Shown: positions 38,556 through 48,235, counted from the whole stretch's first letter. The stretch is 62,663 nucleotides of DNA, filler included, from an uncultured Myxococcia bacterium (GCA_964617105.1; 11 parts of 11 records of this genome joined end to end with filler, not necessarily neighbours in it), one strand, 5' to 3'. A program made the numbers and translations. The notes: a model not told the origin generated them from the sequence alone.

Positions 38556-39335
38556 ATGGTTTATTCGCTGATAGATTACAACCAAAAAGAGAAAATGAGG
38601 CAGAATTGCCAGCGGATTAGCAAAAAGATGTCTCAATTGGATTCCCTGAAAAAGCGATTTCCGGAAAGATGGAAAATTTTCAACCAAAATTATGTGGTCA
38701 GCTACATATACCACGAGCACGCGCTGGAAGGGATTGTCCTTACTTATGAAGAGATCCTTCAGGCGCTGGCTGATGAGGAAAGGGCATCGGACAATAAGCA
38801 GTTTATCAGTATCAGAAACCTGAAAATGGCCCTGGAATTTGTCCAGAACAAAGCCTGCGGCCAAAAGGAGAAGATGACTCTGTCCATGATAAAAAATATC
38901 CACGCTATCATGGTGCAAGATATGCCCAAGATTCAACCGGGTAGATATAGAAAAGAGATGCCTATACACCGGACCTATTTTCATGTTATTGCCCAGCCTT
39001 CACGCATCTCCTACCAGTTGCGTAAGTATATTGATTTTTTAGACAGCAGTGATATTCGTTCTTATGATCCGGTAAAGCAGGCTGCCAAGGCTCACATAAG
39101 ACTGATTAAAACTTTCCCTTTTCCTGATTACTCTGGAATAATATCACGGTTGGTAATGAACTTTATCCTTATGCGTTACAACTATATACCAATTATTATT
39201 TTGTCCCAAGAGCGGCAAAGATACTATGAGGCCTTGCGCAATCCTCATATCGGTTTTCGCACTATTATTGCCGAATCTTTAGAAAATTGTATAGACAATG
39301 CCGCCAGATATATAAAAAGTAATATTGAATATTGA
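38556..39335 (+). CDS. Fic family protein with a degenerate active-site motif
   Basis: IYHEHALEG, IKNIHA, PGRYR and FPFPDYSGIISRLVMN (compare HPFxxGNGRxxR), then RQRYYEAL. Confidence 0.8.
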   Translation: MVYSLIDYNQKEKMRQNCQRISKKMSQLDSLKKRFPERWKIFNQNYVVSYIYHEHALEGIVLTYEEILQALADEERASDNKQFISIRNLKMALEFVQNKACGQKEKMTLSMIKNIHAIMVQDMPKIQPGRYRKEMPIHRTYFHVIAQPSRISYQLRKYIDFLDSSDIRSYDPVKQAAKAHIRLIKTFPFPDYSGIISRLVMNFILMRYNYIPIIILSQERQRYYEALRNPHIGFRTIIAESLENCIDNAARYIKSNIEY

Positions 39336-39379
39336 AAACTGAAATTACCGGCAGTTACGAGAAATAAAAGGAGAGATTG

Positions 39380-40254
39380 ATGAAGCCCATATACCTCGAT
39401 AACAATGCCACCACCCCAGTAAAGCCCGAAGTGCTGGAAAAAGTCATGCCCTTTTTAACCGAGCATTTTGGCAATCCTTCCAGTGCTCATTGGGCGGGAA
39501 GAGCCGCCAAGGATGCGGTAGATGAAGCCCGTGGGCAAATCGCCGATCTACTAAAATGTAAATCAAGGGAGATAATCTTTACCAGTGGCGGTTCTGAATC
39601 GGACAATTTTGCTATCAAAGGCACCTATTTTTCACGGCAAAAAAAGGGCAATCATATTATAACCACGGCAGTAGAACATCCGGCTGTTTTAAGCACCTGT
39701 AAATATATGGAGCGGATAGGCTCCCAGGTTACTTATTTGCCAGTGGATAAAAAAGGCCGCCTGGACCTTGACGATTTGAAACGGGCCATCACTTCGGAAA
39801 CAGTTTTAATTTCCATTATTTTCGCCAATAACGAAACCGGTGTTCTGTCGCCGATTGAGGAGATTGGAAAAATAGCTAAACAGAGGGGAATTCTCTTTCA
39901 CACTGATGCGGTACAGGCCATAGGCAGAATTCCCATTGACGTTGAACAGATGAATATTGATATTTTGAGTTTGTCTGGCCATAAACTAGGGGCAGTAAAA
40001 GGGATTGGCGCTATTTATGTTAGACATGGGACCAAACTATTCAACTTGATTCATGGCGGCCATCAGGAATTAGGGCGCCGGGCAGGTACAGAAAATGTTC
40101 CTGGCATCGTAGCTCTGGGAGAGGCTTGTAGGTTGGCAGGTAAAAATTTCTTTGGTGAAAACCAGAGGCTGGCTGCCTTACGGGACAGATTGGAGCAAGG
40201 TATTTTAGAGAGAATTCCCGAAGTTATTGTGAATGGTGATCCAAAGATTCGTTT
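39380..40254 (+). CDS. iscS: Cysteine desulfurase NifS/IscS (3' truncated)
   Basis: YLDNNATT, GNPSS, FTSGGSES, ANNETG, HTDAVQ, SGHK and RAGTEN. Confidence 0.93.
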
Positions 40255-40355
40255 NNNNNNNNNNNNNNNNNNNNNNNNNNNNNNNNNNNNNNNNNNNNTT
40301 AATTAATTAANNNNNNNNNNNNNNNNNNNNNNNNNNNNNNNNNNNNNNNNNNNNT

Positions 40356-40409
40356 TCCCACGGTTCTCACGGCTCCCACGGTTCTCACGGCTCCCACGGC
40401 TCCTGGTAG
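40356..40409 (+). CDS. hxsA: C-terminus of a His-Xaa-Ser repeat precursor peptide (...SHGSHGSHGSHGSHGSW*), 5' truncated
   Basis: tcc cac ggt tct cac ggc tcc cac ggt tct cac ggc tcc cac ggc tcc tgg tag. Repeat variation is only at synonymous third positions. Same contig as hxsB. Confidence 0.85.
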   Translation, partial: SHGSHGSHGSHGSHGSW

Positions 40410-40411
40410 AT

Positions 40412-41344
40412 CTATTTTTGGGCGAGCCCTAAGAACGAATATAACTCCTCATCACCAAATCGTTCCAAATACTCTGCACTTATTCCCGAACAACTATTTT
40501 TTTGGGTACACTGGATACATTTATTTGAAAAGGGTTCCGTAGAAAGGGGGTCGGGTTGAAGGTAAACTTCTTTAGTATCCCACAATTTCTTCTGGGGAAG
40601 TTTTCGGTTATCAGGTGATAAAATCAGGCAATGGGGCATACCGCTGACCTGGAGCCATAAACTTTTTTTATGGAACGAGTTGGCCGCTATATTCAGTTGT
40701 TTTTTTATCATTCCCAGCCGGGGAACATATTGTAGAAAACTCAATTTGTCATTTTGATATGGTTGCAGCATCTCAATGTTTAAAGTTGAAATCCCGATTT
40801 TTTTTAAAATAGGTATCCACAAGAGGAGATTGCGATAATTACAACGGGTAAGTACCTGGGTAACAGTGATAGATGAAGTGTTTTTGGCCAGATTGAGAAG
40901 TCCTTTAATGGTTTGATTAAAACTACCATTTACCTGGGTATGAAACTGGTGAATATCGGCACTGGGCCCATAAATTGTAAAGATGTAGTGGTTTACTCCC
41001 AAATGGAATAGATGCTCTGCAAAGGTGGGATAGGCCAGCCGGCGTCCATTGGTATGAAGACAAATATCTACAAAGCCAAGATCTTTGACGGTTTTAAGGA
41101 GTTTATCCAAATTATCATACAGGGTTGGTTCCCCTCCGGTTAGCAGCACTTTTGAGATTCCGGCTGAAGCAGCCGCCTTTAATTGATTTTCAAAATCAGC
41201 CAATCCAGGGGTATCGCCGTTCCTTTCGGTCTCATTTCCATAACGGTTCAGACAGAAAAAGCAGTGATTATTACAGGAAGTTGGCAATTTAAGGACAACC
41301 ATCTGGCTGTCTGGTTTGGTTGAATTAGATTTATTGAGATTCAT
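40412..41344 (-). CDS. Radical SAM protein, HxsC-like paralog 1
   Basis: CNNHCFFC, TGGEPT, TNGRRL, MPHC and C-terminal CIQC...CSGI..YL..FG.EEL. Confidence 0.8.
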   Translation of the reverse strand: MNLNKSNSTKPDSQMVVLKLPTSCNNHCFFCLNRYGNETERNGDTPGLADFENQLKAAASAGISKVLLTGGEPTLYDNLDKLLKTVKDLGFVDICLHTNGRRLAYPTFAEHLFHLGVNHYIFTIYGPSADIHQFHTQVNGSFNQTIKGLLNLAKNTSSITVTQVLTRCNYRNLLLWIPILKKIGISTLNIEMLQPYQNDKLSFLQYVPRLGMIKKQLNIAANSFHKKSLWLQVSGMPHCLILSPDNRKLPQKKLWDTKEVYLQPDPLSTEPFSNKCIQCTQKNSCSGISAEYLERFGDEELYSFLGLAQK

Positions 41345-41405
41345 AAAGAGTATAGTTCAATATCAAATTTACAATTATGATTTTGCCTGCTATGATCTTG
41401 CCAAT

Positions 41406-41493
41406 TAGTGTTCGTCCGAAGGCCTGAGGGCAAGATATAGAATCGATCTTAGGCAATTTATCTTTTTTAGTCAATTTTATCTGACGGACTTTA
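41406..41493. mobile_element. Degenerate second copy of the MITE-like element
   Basis: TAGTGTTCGTCCGA...TCTGACGGACTTTA ends. Shares CCGAAGGCCTGAG.GCA.GAT and AGGCAATT with 30022-30115. Confidence 0.55.
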
Positions 41494-41497
41494 TCTT

Positions 41498-42388
41498 ATG
41501 CGCGCCCTGATTAAAGTCGGTTACCAATGTAACAATAACTGTGTTTTCTGTCACAGCCAGGGATTAGAGCCCAAACTTGGACCCAACTCTCTTGTATTAG
41601 CCAAGATAGAGAAGGCTGTGCAAAAGGGGGCAATCATGGTTGCCTTTTCTGGGGGAGAGCCAACCATTCGTCCGGAGTTGGTAAAATGGGCAAAATATTG
41701 TCAGCAAAGAGGGATTGCTATTGGGCTGATAACCAATGGACGGATGTTGTCATATAAAGAGTTGACTCGAGAATTGGTAGATTTAGGGCTAAAGTATGTC
41801 CATATCGGGCTGCATGGCGCTACTGCCAGGCAACACAATAGTATAGTGGGCAGTGAATCTTTTAACCAGGTTTTACCGGCCATTGAGAATCTGGCTAAAT
41901 TAAAAGTGGAGTTGGTGCTTAATACAGTTATTACTCCCTTGAATTTGAACAGTTTGGTTGATATTTTCAATCTGTTGAGATCTTTTCAGGGGATCGGTTT
42001 AAAATTTTCTATGGCTGAACCAAAAGGCGCCGCCTATACTACCATGGAAAAAGTGGTGCCTCACCTGAAAAAGGCAGCGGAAAAAGTGATAGAGGTATTT
42101 ACTTATGCCCAAAAAAGGGCCAATGGATGGCGGCTTTGTTATGAGGGCATACCTTTTTGTCTTCTTAAAGGCTGGGAACATCTCTATGGCGGATTGCGTC
42201 AACATGGTTTCTACATGATGTCCGAAGCCTATGAGACCGCATTTTATCCAGTAGATGACCGGAATAAAATGAAGACAAAACGATGTGAGAACTGTACCCA
42301 TTACGAAAAGTGCCCCGGTCTATACACAAATTACTTTGAAACTTATGGCGATAATGAATTGCAACCTTATACGAGGCTTTCAAAATGA
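41498..42388 (+). CDS. Radical SAM protein, HxsC-like paralog 2
   Basis: CNNNCVFC, SGGEPT, TNGRML, IPFC and CENC...CPGL..YF..YG.NEL. Confidence 0.82.
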   Translation: MRALIKVGYQCNNNCVFCHSQGLEPKLGPNSLVLAKIEKAVQKGAIMVAFSGGEPTIRPELVKWAKYCQQRGIAIGLITNGRMLSYKELTRELVDLGLKYVHIGLHGATARQHNSIVGSESFNQVLPAIENLAKLKVELVLNTVITPLNLNSLVDIFNLLRSFQGIGLKFSMAEPKGAAYTTMEKVVPHLKKAAEKVIEVFTYAQKRANGWRLCYEGIPFCLLKGWEHLYGGLRQHGFYMMSEAYETAFYPVDDRNKMKTKRCENCTHYEKCPGLYTNYFETYGDNELQPYTRLSK

Positions 42389-43839
42389 ATCCAACTACTT
42401 TTAACGCCCGCCAGATTGAAGACAATTACCTGATAACCAATATGGTAGGCCAATATCTTTTTTTAAACCAGGCTGAATATGAGAGTTTTTATAGAGGTGA
42501 GGTAGAAGCCGATTCAGAACTGTGGAACCGCTTGAAAGATAGCAATTTTATAGAAGATTTGGTGGACCAGAATGAGTTACAGCAGAAATATCAGGACCGT
42601 AAAACCTTTTTGGCCCATGGCCCTACCCTGCATATTTTTGTCCTCACTCTCAGGTGTAATCAAACTTGCCTCTACTGTCATGCCAGCCGAACCAAAGAGA
42701 AGAGTTCAAGCGGCACTTATGATATGAATGCAGATACCGCCCGTCAGGCGGTTGATTTGGCCTTTAAAACCACGGCACCATCTTTTACCATTGAATTTCA
42801 GGGGGGTGAACCTCTGCTGAATTATCCTCTGATTAAACAAATCGTTGCCCAGGCAAAAGAGAAGAACAAAACTCTTCGGCGGCTGGTTGAGTTTACCCTG
42901 GTTTCAAATTTGGCAGCCATGAATGAAGATATTCTTCAATTTATACTAGATAATCGTATTCAGGTCTGCACCTCTATAGATGGCCCAAAAGAGTTACATA
43001 ACCAGCAGAGAAAAATGGCAGGAGGAGATGCTTTTGACCAAAGTGTCAAGTGGATCAAGCGTATAAACCAGGCCTATCAAAAACAGGGGTTGTCATCTGA
43101 TGTTTACCATGTTGAGGCTCTGATTACTGTTACCAGCAAAACGCTTAAATATGCCCGGCAGATAGTTGATACATACCGGGAACTGGGAGTAAACGCCATC
43201 TATCTCCGGCCCATGGACCCCTATGGCTTTGCCGCCAAAAATAAAGGCGACCTGGTCTATTCCATTGATGACTACCTGGCCTTTTACCATGAAGTGGTGG
43301 ATTATATTATAGAGTTGAATTTACAGGGTGAGCAGATGCTGGAGAGAAACGCCGCCATATTTCTAACTAAAATATTGAGTGGCAAAGACCCTAATTTCCT
43401 CGATATCCGCTCTCCATGCGGAGCCGGCATAGGACAGGTTACCTATAATTATGACGGAAAAATATTCACCTGTGATGAAGCCCGCATGCTCTACGAGATG
43501 GGAGATGACTTTTTTCAGATAGGTGATGTATCTGAATGTTCATACAACCAGATTATTGATCATCCCACGGTGCGCTCTATGATTATCGCCTCCAATTTGG
43601 AAGGGGTTCCCGACTGTTATCATTGCGCCTATTATCCCTATTGCGGTGTCTGTCCGGTTCATAACTACCATACTTCCGGCAGTATTCACGGGCTGATGGG
43701 TTCCAGTTCCTGGTGTAAAATTCATAAGGGTATTCAGGATTACCTGTTTAAAAAACTTTTAGCCAGAGATGACAAAACTATCGAGATCTTCAATCGTTGG
43801 ATAGAGGTGAGAAACCGGGATCACTATCTGCACGGGTAG
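42385..43839 (+). CDS. hxsB: His-Xaa-Ser system radical SAM/SPASM maturase HxsB
   Basis: YLITNMVGQYLFL, GPTLHIFVLTLRCNQTCLYCHAS, IEFQGGEPLLN, DIRSPCGAGIGQ, TCDEARM and SPASM CYHCAYYPYCGVCP. Confidence 0.9.
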   Translation: MNPTTFNARQIEDNYLITNMVGQYLFLNQAEYESFYRGEVEADSELWNRLKDSNFIEDLVDQNELQQKYQDRKTFLAHGPTLHIFVLTLRCNQTCLYCHASRTKEKSSSGTYDMNADTARQAVDLAFKTTAPSFTIEFQGGEPLLNYPLIKQIVAQAKEKNKTLRRLVEFTLVSNLAAMNEDILQFILDNRIQVCTSIDGPKELHNQQRKMAGGDAFDQSVKWIKRINQAYQKQGLSSDVYHVEALITVTSKTLKYARQIVDTYRELGVNAIYLRPMDPYGFAAKNKGDLVYSIDDYLAFYHEVVDYIIELNLQGEQMLERNAAIFLTKILSGKDPNFLDIRSPCGAGIGQVTYNYDGKIFTCDEARMLYEMGDDFFQIGDVSECSYNQIIDHPTVRSMIIASNLEGVPDCYHCAYYPYCGVCPVHNYHTSGSIHGLMGSSSWCKIHKGIQDYLFKKLLARDDKTIEIFNRWIEVRNRDHYLHG

Positions 43840-44771
43840 AACTCCTCCCAGCCATAGTGCTTGATATAGGTGCCCCATACCCCGGGGCAGACTTTATCAT
43901 ATTTACACTCTCCACAACTATTTTGTTTAACTCTGTAGAGTTTGTCCAACTGTGCTCTGGTAATTGGTTTTTCCAATGATTCATTTGGCTTAAAATGTTT
44001 GTGTTTTTCTACGTATCCCCGGTTGTAATCAGGGATAGATTCAGTGAGACAAAGAGGAATATCTACTAAAAAGGCCTGTGGTTGTTGCTCCTGGCACTGT
44101 TTTAAAAATAAGGACATTTGTGAGGCAGTATTGGTATATGATGGGAATAGCCGCTCAAAATGGGAAGCAGCCCGGCCTTTGGGCTGCATAACATTGAAAA
44201 TAATCTGGTCAACGCTCTTATTGCGCAAAAAGTGATAAATCTCTCCTAAAAACGGCAGGTTGCGTTTGGTAATAACTGTGCTGGTATGCAATTTTATCCC
44301 ATAGTTTTTAAGCCGGCTTAGATTTTCAAGTCCCAAAACCGTATGGCCAAAAGCACCTTTGGTTCTCACCAGAGAGTCATGCAGTTTGGCCTGGTGTCCA
44401 TGTATGGAGATATAGAAAAAATTGATACCCGCTTTGATCAATTTTTTACAGTAATCAAGATAGGCCAGCCGCCGGCCATTGGTCATAATACTGCGCCGAA
44501 TGTACCCCAAATTTTTAGCCAGGTTTGCATACTTTGGCAAGGATTCCACCAGAGTAGGCTCGCCTGAGGTGAAACATACCTCTTCACGGGACTGGGTTTG
44601 GGTGAGAATCTGTTTGACCAGCTCCGGGGTCAGGGAGGAATTAACTTTGATGCGCTCTTCACGGTCAGATTCCATGCAGAATATGCAGTTGTTATTACAA
44701 ACCGGACCAATATTTATATGGAGGCGTTCCTGCCCGGAGGTTATCCGTTTTATGATATTGTTTTTAGCCAT
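43824..44771 (-). CDS. Radical SAM protein, HxsC-like paralog 3
   Basis: CNNNCIFC, TSGEPT, TNGRRL, IPLC and CGEC...CPGV..YI..YGWEEF. Confidence 0.82.
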   Translation of the reverse strand: MAKNNIIKRITSGQERLHINIGPVCNNNCIFCMESDREERIKVNSSLTPELVKQILTQTQSREEVCFTSGEPTLVESLPKYANLAKNLGYIRRSIMTNGRRLAYLDYCKKLIKAGINFFYISIHGHQAKLHDSLVRTKGAFGHTVLGLENLSRLKNYGIKLHTSTVITKRNLPFLGEIYHFLRNKSVDQIIFNVMQPKGRAASHFERLFPSYTNTASQMSLFLKQCQEQQPQAFLVDIPLCLTESIPDYNRGYVEKHKHFKPNESLEKPITRAQLDKLYRVKQNSCGECKYDKVCPGVWGTYIKHYGWEEFYPCR

Positions 44772-44854
44772 TTAATAACATCAACTAGAATTGTTGCACA
44801 TATAGACGAACTATAACTTACATATTGGGTTATTGCTATAGCAGAATTGAGTCA

Positions 44855-44899
44855 CTGGAAACCTTTATCTTGATTTTTGTGGGCGACAAGTGTGAGTAG
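44855..44899 (+). pseudogene. Remnant paralogous to the 3' end of the PD-(D/E)XK gene at 45573-45614
   Basis: Encodes LETFILIFVGDKCE* versus LKTFILIFVGDKCE. Confidence 0.65.
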
Positions 44900-45019
44900 G
44901 TGATTCATCAAACCCTGGCTGGAATCACCAATTACCTTGTTTCTTCGAGAAATCAGGGGACATAGAGATTGAATTATTGAAATTGGACCCCTATCATTGG
45001 CAAGTCCGTAATGAACCAC

Positions 45020-45116
45020 GGCGATCGCAAGGGTCTTCCCTACAATCGATTGAACGAACACAGCGATATCACCAACCCATCCGTTCAAAAAATTGCCGTA
45101 GGGGCGGTTCGCGAAC
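45020..45116. repeat. Pair of GTAG-type REP-like palindromes
   Basis: GGCGATCGCAAGGGTCTTCCCTAC (45020-45043, GTAG on the minus strand) and GTAGGGGCGGTTCGCGAAC (45098-45116, truncated). Confidence 0.55.
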
Positions 45117-45635
45117 TTTTTTATCCACATAATCGAGGAAAGAACAAAAGTCAATATTGATACAACAAAACTAGACAATTGTATCTTTGAAATTTCTCAA
45201 AATGGAAATATCATGCCCCTGATAAAAATGGTAGAGAACTTCCTGCACAGCCTCTCTTTCCGCGATTTTCAGAAATTTGACGAAAAGTATGTCAAATTGG
45301 CCATTTTTGCCTATCTATCCCTGACCAACCTCTATATTACCAAAACCGAATACGAAGTCGAAGACGGCTATATCGACCTGGCACTTTTGGAACGCTCCCC
45401 CTACGATGTCAATTACCAATTTGTCTTTGAATTAAAATATATGAAAAAGGCGGATGCCGAAGATGACAAGAAAAGAGAGAAAGAGAAAAAGAGAAAACAG
45501 ATTCTTTTCAACGATGCCTTGAAAAAACTGCAAAAATATCGCCAGTCGGATCAGTTTTTAACCATGAAAAACCTGAAAACTTTCATCCTGATTTTCGTTG
45601 GCGACAAATGTGAAGTCTGTGAGGAAGTGACATGA
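45117..45635 (+). pseudogene. C-terminal fragment of an AAA-ATPase-like / PD-(D/E)XK nuclease gene
   Basis: LSFRDFQKFDEKYVK, TEYEVEDGYIDL and FELKY. The frame is open upstream only to a stop at 45099 inside the REP-like sequence. No ATPase domain. Confidence 0.7.
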
Positions 45636-45987
45636 TTGCCCTCTCGCAGCAACAATTACCTCGATTTTCGACTTCGAAAAAGAAGTCTAGCAGCCACATC
45701 CAACCCCCGGTTAATCAGCGGTTGGTCAGCCGAAAACTAAGTAGGCTGTCGTCAACCAGAATCGCCCATACACCAGCGGCAATATCACCGTGACCGATCC
45801 TGTGTCCTATTTTCGGGAGGGTTAAAAACCGTGTTGTGTATGTCCCGGTGTAAAAGAGGATGAATATCGGCAGATGGCATTTTGTGGNNNNNNNNNNNNN
45901 NNNNNNNNNNNNNNNNNNNNNNNNNNNNNNNTTAATTAATTAANNNNNNNNNNNNNNNNNNNNNNNNNNNNNNNNNNNNNNNNNNNN

Positions 45988-47009
45988 AGGCCAGCGCCAT
46001 ATAAAATGCCCCGCTCCACATTGGAAATGGAGCTGGAAATGTAGTCGGAAGTGTCAAACCGGGCCTGTAGTTGAATATTGTCCATCTGGTGGTTGATCCG
46101 TTTTGCCTCTGCCCTAACCATCCCGGCCACTTCAACCGTATTGGCATCAGACAGTTTAGACACCGAAAGTCTGATTCCCGGTTTGGCATCGATAAAAACC
46201 GCATTCACTTTATCCTGGTGGGAATCTTTTACCTGAGCCAGGTCTCTCACCCGCACCGGAACACGGTTACGGGAAGTGACAATCACATTTTCCATCTGCT
46301 GCACCCGTTGGTAGCACCCAATAGTACGGATGATTACTCTCTTTCCCCGCTGGAACATGTCACCGGCTGGCAAGTCCACGTTGTCCCTACGGATGGCGGT
46401 CGCCACCTGGCCTGCAGTTATGCCCAGGGCCGCAAGCCGCTCCGCCTTCAGGTCAATGTGTATCTCCCGCTTAACGCCGCCCCGGATGTCTACCGCCGCA
46501 ACTCCAATTACCCGCTCCAGCCGCGGTTTGATCTCCTCTTCCGCCAGTTGACGCAGCCGCCATGGTTCCATCTGGCCCGAAAGAGTCAAATACATAATCG
46601 GAAAAGAGGAGAGGTCGAACTTGAACACCACCGGGGTGGTGGCCTCTTCGGGCAACCTGCCTCTGATCCTCTCCACCGCAGCCCGCACATCGTTGAGAGC
46701 GCTCTCCAGGGTGGTGCCCCAGGCAAAGGATAACGACACCCTGGCCCTCCCTTCGGTGGAGGTGGAGGTGATTTTTTCGATCCCCTGAATGGTGCTGACC
46801 GCCTCCTCCATTGGCCGGGTAAGCAAATTTTCGATCTCCTCCGGCCCCACTCCAGGATAGGATGACACCACTGAGATGGATGGAAAATCGATCTCGGGTA
46901 GCATATCGATAGCCAACCTGGAGAGAGATACGCCTCCCAACAAGAGGATTACAATAAATGCCATAAAAGTTGTAACCGGTCTTTTGACCGCAAGTTCAGA
47001 TATCTTCAT
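45988..47009 (-). CDS. RND efflux permease (AcrB/MdtBC family), 3' truncated
   Basis: AVKRPVTT, P.IDFP, YPGVGPEEIE..LTRPMEE and LPAG. Confidence 0.93.
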
Positions 47010-48199
47010 TTTGGGTTTATCACCAGCACTTTGACGCCATCTTTTAGTGAGTTCATCCCAGCTACCACTACCTGATCGCCCTGCTTAAGGCCGGAGAGGA
47101 TCTCGCCATGCTCTCTTTGCACCATACCAATTTTTACCGGGGTTAAAAAAACTTTATTATCCTTTACCACAAAAACTCCAGACTCCGGCTCACCACTCTT
47201 ACTGTCTGATAAAGGGACATCTACCAGGGCATCCAGGGGCAAAATTAAAACCTGACTCTTTTTCCGAAATCCTAAATATACCCGACAGTACATTCCCGGC
47301 ATCAAATCTCCCTTTTTATTGGGAAACTCCACCTCCACACTGGCAGAACGGTTGGCCGCCTGGATCACCGGAGAGAGGCGGCAGCGGCTCCTGGCCTGAA
47401 ACTGCTGTCCGGGAAAAGCATCTACCAATAGTTTCAAAGTTATCAACCCCTCTTTAATCAAGCCCTTTAGTTGAGCCAGATTGCGCTCCGGCACGTTGAA
47501 ACGCACCACCACAGGATCGTCTCTGGTGATCTCCAGAACTGCCACCCCTGGATTTACCAGGTTGCCGGGATCCAGATAACGAGCGCTCACCACTCCATTA
47601 AAAGGAGCCTTTAGTTGAGTCTCCTCTTTTTGCGCCGATAGTATATTTACCCGGGCGGCCGCCTGTTCCTTCAGGGCTTTGGTCCATTCCAGAGAAGCCC
47701 TGGATGCCTTCTCTTTAAACCTGAGGTTATCCATGGCCTGGGGGGTGATTAATTTTCCCTTTTCCAATTTCTTACTACGCTGAAGTTGACTGGTAATACT
47801 GGCCAGATCCACTTCAGAGCGTTTTACCGATGCTATGGCCACCTTTAAGGCAAATTCGGCCTCCTGAAGTTGAGCCGCCAACTGGCCATTTTCTATTTTT
47901 ACCAAAACCTTCCCTGATTTTACTTTTTCGCCCATTTTGGCGACAACTTTTTCCAGGCGCCCGGTGATGCGGGAAGATATTTTTGCGCTTTTAAAAGAGA
48001 TCAATTCGCCGCTAAAAACCAGGTCACTCTCTAGATCTCCCCGGCCAATACTCTTCACCTTGACCGCTGGAACACTATTTTTTTTCCCTTTACCCGAAGA
48101 GCCTCCCTGGGTATCCTTTTTTTGGCAAGAGACCATAAACAGCATTAGTCCCACTAACAACCAGGGCAAAAATTTGTTAAAATATCTTTGATTTACCAT
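47006..48199 (-). CDS. RND periplasmic adaptor (MFP) lipoprotein
   Basis: Lipobox MVSC, LKAPFNGVV, LMPGM and GL..GD.VV. Confidence 0.92.
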   Translation of the reverse strand: MVNQRYFNKFLPWLLVGLMLFMVSCQKKDTQGGSSGKGKKNSVPAVKVKSIGRGDLESDLVFSGELISFKSAKISSRITGRLEKVVAKMGEKVKSGKVLVKIENGQLAAQLQEAEFALKVAIASVKRSEVDLASITSQLQRSKKLEKGKLITPQAMDNLRFKEKASRASLEWTKALKEQAAARVNILSAQKEETQLKAPFNGVVSARYLDPGNLVNPGVAVLEITRDDPVVVRFNVPERNLAQLKGLIKEGLITLKLLVDAFPGQQFQARSRCRLSPVIQAANRSASVEVEFPNKKGDLMPGMYCRVYLGFRKKSQVLILPLDALVDVPLSDSKSGEPESGVFVVKDNKVFLTPVKIGMVQREHGEILSGLKQGDQVVVAGMNSLKDGVKVLVINPK

Positions 48200-48235
48200 T
48201 TATTTTACCCTTTCCCCATAGCCCAGGGATTACTT

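Noticed and set aside
40355-40403. CACGGYTCY tandem as a CRISPR array or plain microsatellite
   Set aside because: There are no spacers, and wobble-only variation plus the hxsB context favour a coding His-Gly-Ser repeat.
39380-44771. Cysteine desulfurase as the Fe-S supplier within the radical SAM cluster
   Set aside because: A linker at 40255-40354 separates them, so the adjacency is an artefact.
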